Source: an uncultured archaeon (GTDB lineage Archaea; Asgardarchaeota; Lokiarchaeia; Sigyniarchaeales; SOKP01). Taken from it: DNA of 64,000 bases. Numbering within the stretch: position 1 is the stretch's first letter; the number at the start of each line of letters is the position of its first letter. The notes under the pieces were generated by a model that ran no database searches, was not told the origin of the DNA, and was given only the letters and a program-made list of their open reading frames with translations. A program made the translations under genes and the position numbers. Positions 59,660 to 64,000 of the stretch are shown one piece after another. The stretch covers positions 35,128 through 99,127 of the forward strand of contig CAZOYD010000003.1 of assembly GCA_964583985.1 (NCBI GenBank). Direction: 5' to 3'.

Positions 59660-60784
59660 ATGGACATTAGTGATCTTAAGATAGGAAGAGAGGGAACATT
59701 TATACCCCCATTTAAAAGTAATATCGCCACAGTTAAAAGTTATGAAAATGAGGGGTATGATTCCATATTTTTTGCCGATCATATCTTAAATTGGATACCG
59801 GAATCTATATGGACTCCAGATATTACTGATCTTGCTAAAGTTTATCCCAGTCCCCATCTAATATATGATGTTTTTACTATGATGACTGTTGCTGCCTTAA
59901 ACACAAAAAAGATTTACCTCGGAACAGGAGTAACCGAAGCTTTTAGAAGGAATCCCGCGGTACTTGCGCAAACCTTTATGACTTTAGATGAATTATCCAG
60001 AGGAAGGGCAATATTGGGAATAGGAGCAGGCGAAAAAGAAAATACCATTCCCTACGGAATTAAATGGGAGAAGCCTGTAAGTAGATTAGAAGAAGCCGTT
60101 ATCATAATTAAAAAATTATGGGAAAGTGATGAAAAAGTAAATTATGATGGAAAAATTTGGAAGTTAGAAAATGCTCTCCTCAGATTAAATCCTTTTAAAA
60201 AAGGAAAATTTCCTCCAATATGGATTGCCGCTCGTGGTAACAGAATGCTAGAAATAACAGGCAGATTAGGTGATGGCTGGTTACCCATATTTTTAAAACC
60301 AGAAATATATAAAGAAAAACTAAGAATTCTCCGAAAATACACGCAAAAAGCAGATAGAAATATAGATGAAATTACTCCTGCGGTTATTTTAGGAGTTATC
60401 ACCGATGAGGATAGGAAAGAAGTCGATAAAATGCTCAAAAATCCAATTACCAAAAATAACTTAATTCCATTATATAATGAAGATTTTAAACCATATGGAG
60501 TATCACATCCTCTTGGAGAAAATATTGATGGAACTTTAGAATTTATACCTACACATTATGATAAAGACTCATTGCTGCAAATACTTGAAAAGATCCCTAA
60601 TAAAATGTGTCATGATTTTTACTTGAATGGTAGTCCTGATGAAATTATCGGTCAAATTGAAAATTATAGCAAAATTGGAGCAAAACACATAATTCTATTT
60701 AATGTATCAATATTATGTGGTTCTAAATATATTCCACGTTCAAATAAATGCATGAAAAAAATAATTTCATATTTCAAAAATTAA
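59660..60784 (+). CDS. LLM-class (luciferase-like, probably F420-dependent) oxidoreductase
   Basis: DSIFFADH, GTGVT, RNPAVLAQ, GRAILGIGAGE and PPIWIAA...GDGWLP motifs. Confidence 0.9.
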   Translation: MDISDLKIGREGTFIPPFKSNIATVKSYENEGYDSIFFADHILNWIPESIWTPDITDLAKVYPSPHLIYDVFTMMTVAALNTKKIYLGTGVTEAFRRNPAVLAQTFMTLDELSRGRAILGIGAGEKENTIPYGIKWEKPVSRLEEAVIIIKKLWESDEKVNYDGKIWKLENALLRLNPFKKGKFPPIWIAARGNRMLEITGRLGDGWLPIFLKPEIYKEKLRILRKYTQKADRNIDEITPAVILGVITDEDRKEVDKMLKNPITKNNLIPLYNEDFKPYGVSHPLGENIDGTLEFIPTHYDKDSLLQILEKIPNKMCHDFYLNGSPDEIIGQIENYSKIGAKHIILFNVSILCGSKYIPRSNKCMKKIISYFKN

Positions 60785-60864
60785 AAAAATAGGGGTTCTT
60801 CTCCAATCTAAAATTCTCTAATAAAAATTATTATCCAATAAAAATATAAGATTATTAGATAAAA

Positions 60865-61794
60865 ATGATAATAAACTCTCAAAAAATTGATGTTCACCAT
60901 CACATTGTACCTAAAGAATATCTTGCAGCTTTAGCCTCAGTAGGTATTAAAAATGCTGTTGGTGAACCATTCCCTCAGTGGGATATTGAAAATACTCTTG
61001 CTTTTATGGATAGGCAAGGGATAGCCATAGCTATTAACTCAATTTCTGCACCAGGTATATATTTTGGAGATAATGATTTTACTCAAAAGTTAGCACGCAA
61101 TTGTAATGAAATCTCTGCTCGTGTGGTGAATGAATACCCAAATCGCTTTGGTGCGTTTGCTATTTTACCTTTACCAAATATAGAGGCATCAATAGTTGAA
61201 TTGGAGCATGCCTTAGATACCTTAAACCTTGATGGGGTGGTTTTCCTTACAAATTTTGGGGGGATATACCTCGGAGATGCTTATTATGATGATCTTTTTT
61301 ATGAATTAAATCGCAGGAAAGCTGTAGTTTTTGTACATCCAAGTGTGCCCGCTTTAGATACATTACCCATGATAATAAAACCCGCAGTTTTAGAATTCGT
61401 TTTTGATACCACAAGGGCAATTGTTAATCTTATACATAGAGGAGCAACAAAACGCTTTCCGGATATACGTTTTATATTCTCACATGGAGGAGGAACTGTT
61501 CCCTTTATAACTTGGAGAATTACTTTTGGAAATCAAAAGATAATTAATCAGTTAAAACGCTTTTATTATGATACAGCAGTGTCAGCAACCCCCTATTCTT
61601 TAAGTTCCTTGATGAGTTTAGTGGAACCAACGCAAGTATTATATGGGAGTGACTATCCCTTTTTGCCGGAAAGGGTTGTAAAACTAATGAATGAAGGTCT
61701 TCAAAATTATAATTTTGAAAGAGAAGTCCTCTCGAAAATTGTCCAACAAAATGCTGTTACTTTATTTCCAAGGTTTAAGGAAATAATGTTTTGA
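60865..61794 (+). CDS. Amidohydrolase-family decarboxylase (ACMSD/6-methylsalicylate decarboxylase-like)
   Basis: IDVHHH, FVHP, FDTTRA, SHGGG, YYDTA and YGSDYPF motifs. Confidence 0.88.
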   Translation: MIINSQKIDVHHHIVPKEYLAALASVGIKNAVGEPFPQWDIENTLAFMDRQGIAIAINSISAPGIYFGDNDFTQKLARNCNEISARVVNEYPNRFGAFAILPLPNIEASIVELEHALDTLNLDGVVFLTNFGGIYLGDAYYDDLFYELNRRKAVVFVHPSVPALDTLPMIIKPAVLEFVFDTTRAIVNLIHRGATKRFPDIRFIFSHGGGTVPFITWRITFGNQKIINQLKRFYYDTAVSATPYSLSSLMSLVEPTQVLYGSDYPFLPERVVKLMNEGLQNYNFEREVLSKIVQQNAVTLFPRFKEIMF

Positions 61795-61900
61795 CAATTT
61801 TAAAAAGATTCTTAAGATTCTTTTAATCATTAAGCCTTTAGTACAAATTGGAAACTATTCTATAAAAATAACAAAATAATTAAAATAATCTTAATTTTTT

Positions 61901-63637
61901 TTATAGTTCAGGGTCTTTAATTCCAAACGGTATCATCTCATCAAAATAAGAGAGGATCATTCCAAGTTCAGGTTCTTTAAGCTCAAAATTAATGAGATCA
62001 ATCACGCTCTTTACGGTAAGGATATCATTTAAATAGGAAATCCTTAAATCACCAATACCAGAATCAAGGACAAGAATTTTGTCTTTTCCTTTAGTATTAT
62101 CCCAAGGATTCCAATTAGTTAAACCTTCTCCGTTTGGATTTCCCGTTCTTGCAAAATTGGCTAGATAATTCATGCACAAATCTGTTAGTTTTTCTCGACC
62201 AAGTTGATTACGCTTCGTGTGTGTTTTACCAATCAACATGAATATAGAACTATTACCCATCCCTAAAAAAAACGGAATTTCTGCTGCGTGATGGGCACCT
62301 AAGTTTCGTCCCATCCCTTTAGGCAGAACACTCATTCCATCTTTATCTGGACTTCCCCAATCAAACCGGTAAGCATAAATGGGTACGTTAGTCTTTGAAT
62401 TCATCTTGGATACTAAGGAATCAAGCCCACTCACGCGCCATAGTAGGGATCTATACCTCCATACTAAATCATATTTTCTGGTATTCTTGGGAGGATCTTT
62501 TCTAAAATTACCAAAAAGCTTCAATTCATCTTTCGTGCAACCGATAATTAGTGGTACCTTATTTGCCCAATCTCCAGTCGATAATATATCATATCCTTCT
62601 TTTGGTATTACCATACCATCAGTAAAGATATTTCGCCATTGAGCCATTCCAAAATCCATTTTGGGGATACATTTCAAAATTTTAAACGCCGATTTTGAAC
62701 GAAGATACTCATCAACATCTTTTCCCGACATTTTATCTAGAATTCGCTTCGCTTCTTCTTGGTTTTTTGCTTTATGATCCTTTATGAGGAGACTAATAAG
62801 AAGATCGACACTTTGAGATTCTGCTAATTTAGTACTTGAAATGAGAGATAATCCGCTTTCAGCGATAGCATGATGGAAGAGTCCTTTTGCGGATGGAGAA
62901 ATCAGGAGTGAGAAAACGTTAAAAGCACCTCCTGACTCACCTGCGATTGTAATATTATTAGGATCCCCTCCAAATGCTTCTACATTGCCATGTACCCATT
63001 CTAAGGCTTTTATCAGATCAAGAGTACCAAAATTTCCACTTTTATCTTTAGGAGAACCAGTATTTGTAACAGCAGGATGTATAAACCAACCCATTGCTCC
63101 AAGACGGTAATTTACTGAGATATAAAGTAAGTTAGATTTCTCAACAACCGCATTACCATAATAAGCAACCTCCGCAGATGAACCAATTGAATTTCCTCCC
63201 CCATGGATATACAGATAGACTGGTAATTTTGTCTTTGGAGTCTTGGGACGCCATATATTAAGATAAAGACAATCTTCTGAACCAATTGGACCTAAAAAAA
63301 GCATGACTTGTGCTGCAGAATTTCCAAATTTTTTTGTTTTACGTATTCCGTTCCACGGGATTGGATCTAACGGTGCTTTCCAACGAAGTGAACCAGTTGG
63401 AGGAATCGCATATGGAATCCCCTTCCAGCACCAAGATCCTTTATCAGAAAAACCTGATACTAAACCATACTTCGTTTGGACAAGAGCATTATCATTCCAT
63501 GAACCTAGTTTAAAGGTAGTACTAGATGGCTCTAACGCGCCAATATGACTAATGTAGGAAGATACAATCCTTTTAATCAAATTGATTAATCTAATAAAAG
63601 GAGCAAACAAATAAGCTAGCTTTATTATTAAACTCAT
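61901..63637 (-). CDS. Type-B carboxylesterase (p-nitrobenzyl esterase-like)
   Basis: GIPYA.PP.G.LRWK.P, SEDCLYLNIW, HGGG, GESGG nucleophile and HAAE. Confidence 0.92.
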   Translation of the reverse strand: MSLIIKLAYLFAPFIRLINLIKRIVSSYISHIGALEPSSTTFKLGSWNDNALVQTKYGLVSGFSDKGSWCWKGIPYAIPPTGSLRWKAPLDPIPWNGIRKTKKFGNSAAQVMLFLGPIGSEDCLYLNIWRPKTPKTKLPVYLYIHGGGNSIGSSAEVAYYGNAVVEKSNLLYISVNYRLGAMGWFIHPAVTNTGSPKDKSGNFGTLDLIKALEWVHGNVEAFGGDPNNITIAGESGGAFNVFSLLISPSAKGLFHHAIAESGLSLISSTKLAESQSVDLLISLLIKDHKAKNQEEAKRILDKMSGKDVDEYLRSKSAFKILKCIPKMDFGMAQWRNIFTDGMVIPKEGYDILSTGDWANKVPLIIGCTKDELKLFGNFRKDPPKNTRKYDLVWRYRSLLWRVSGLDSLVSKMNSKTNVPIYAYRFDWGSPDKDGMSVLPKGMGRNLGAHHAAEIPFFLGMGNSSIFMLIGKTHTKRNQLGREKLTDLCMNYLANFARTGNPNGEGLTNWNPWDNTKGKDKILVLDSGIGDLRISYLNDILTVKSVIDLINFELKEPELGMILSYFDEMIPFGIKDPEL

Positions 63638-63669
63638 GATTTCAGATCAGAAACATTATTCAAAGCTTT

Positions 63670-63775
63670 AATAATTTATTATGGCGACTAAATTCTTGAG
63701 GATGTATTATTTAAAATGATACTTGATGGATGATTTTGATATCCCTTGTTTTATCGTTGATGGGGATATGAATGA
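63670..63775 (+). pseudogene. Decayed fragment homologous to the 3' region of the dehydratase alpha gene (52964-53070)
   Basis: Hand alignment gives about 84/107 identical bases. Translates NNLLWRLNS*/MYYLK*YLMDDFDIPCFIVDGDMNE versus NNLSCRPNSCGMYDLKRHLMDDYDIPCLIIDADMND. Confidence 0.8.
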
Positions 63776-64000
63776 GCATTTTTACTAAAACCTTTACTTC
63801 ATATTTTCTACCAATTTCATTAATGTTAGACGTTATTAGGATAATTTTTTGAATATTAGCATGTATTCTCGTAATTCTCATGATGGTTTGATCGCTTTCA
63901 ACTTTTGGGTTTGATTACATGACAGTAATTTATTAATATTTTTTAAATCATATACTTTTTTTTAAGGCTTAAACTAATATATTTAATTTTCAATTTATTA

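Larger units (their letters stand above)
53153..63775. mobile_element. Putative genomic island / cassette array inserted at the 3' end of the dehydratase alpha gene
   Basis: Flanked by a diverged direct duplication of the dehydratase 3' region. Contains two TA pairs, a gene fragment and four copies of a 30-47 bp repeat. No integrase or transposase is seen. Confidence 0.55.

Noticed and set aside
2006-63548. Numerous 60-160 aa ORFs antisense or out of frame within long genes (e.g. 2396-2761, 6698-7102, 34803-35288, 58881-59234)
   Set aside because: They lie inside well-supported genes and carry no recognisable motifs.
63817-63832. TCATTAATGTTAGACG, a weak inverted match to the island repeat
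   Set aside because: Only 13/16 in AT-rich DNA, and the invariant 14-bp half is missing.

Overview
AT-rich archaeal chromosome segment, very probably from an Asgard archaeon of the Lokiarchaeia type (inference). The archaeal markers are rpl37e next to an Sm/Lsm gene, EndA, PINA and an ASH-Ski2-type helicase. The eukaryotic-signature-like genes are two longin-like proteins, a roadblock protein, a ubiquitin-like protein ending GG-F, an LRR protein and a SIRT6-like sirtuin. Bases 1-53.1 kb are mostly core and metabolic genes: folD, a DRG GTPase, GH20, a Zn/Mn ABC transporter with a DtxR-family regulator, nadA and a 2-hydroxyacyl-CoA dehydratase pair. From about 53.15 to 63.78 kb lies an accessory island. 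It is bracketed by the 3' part of the dehydratase gene (52964-53070) and a decayed copy of that segment (63670-63775, about 78% identical by hand alignment). Four direct copies of a 30-47 bp dyad-containing repeat (at 53190, 54739, 55556, 58102) cut it into gene modules: two inverted RelE/ParE toxin-antitoxin pairs, a WOR5-like tungsten oxidoreductase pair and further catabolic enzymes. This integron-like array lacks attC sites and is the best candidate for an undescribed system; no recombinase is encoded in the window. Other highlights are a CorA-like channel fused to an ADP-ribose Nudix domain opposite nadA, a tandem palindromic operator in the metal-ABC locus, an uncalled 55-aa ORF and an AlkC-like gene broken by in-frame stops. 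No rRNA, tRNA or CRISPR array was recognised. All family calls come from motif recognition; no database searches were run.
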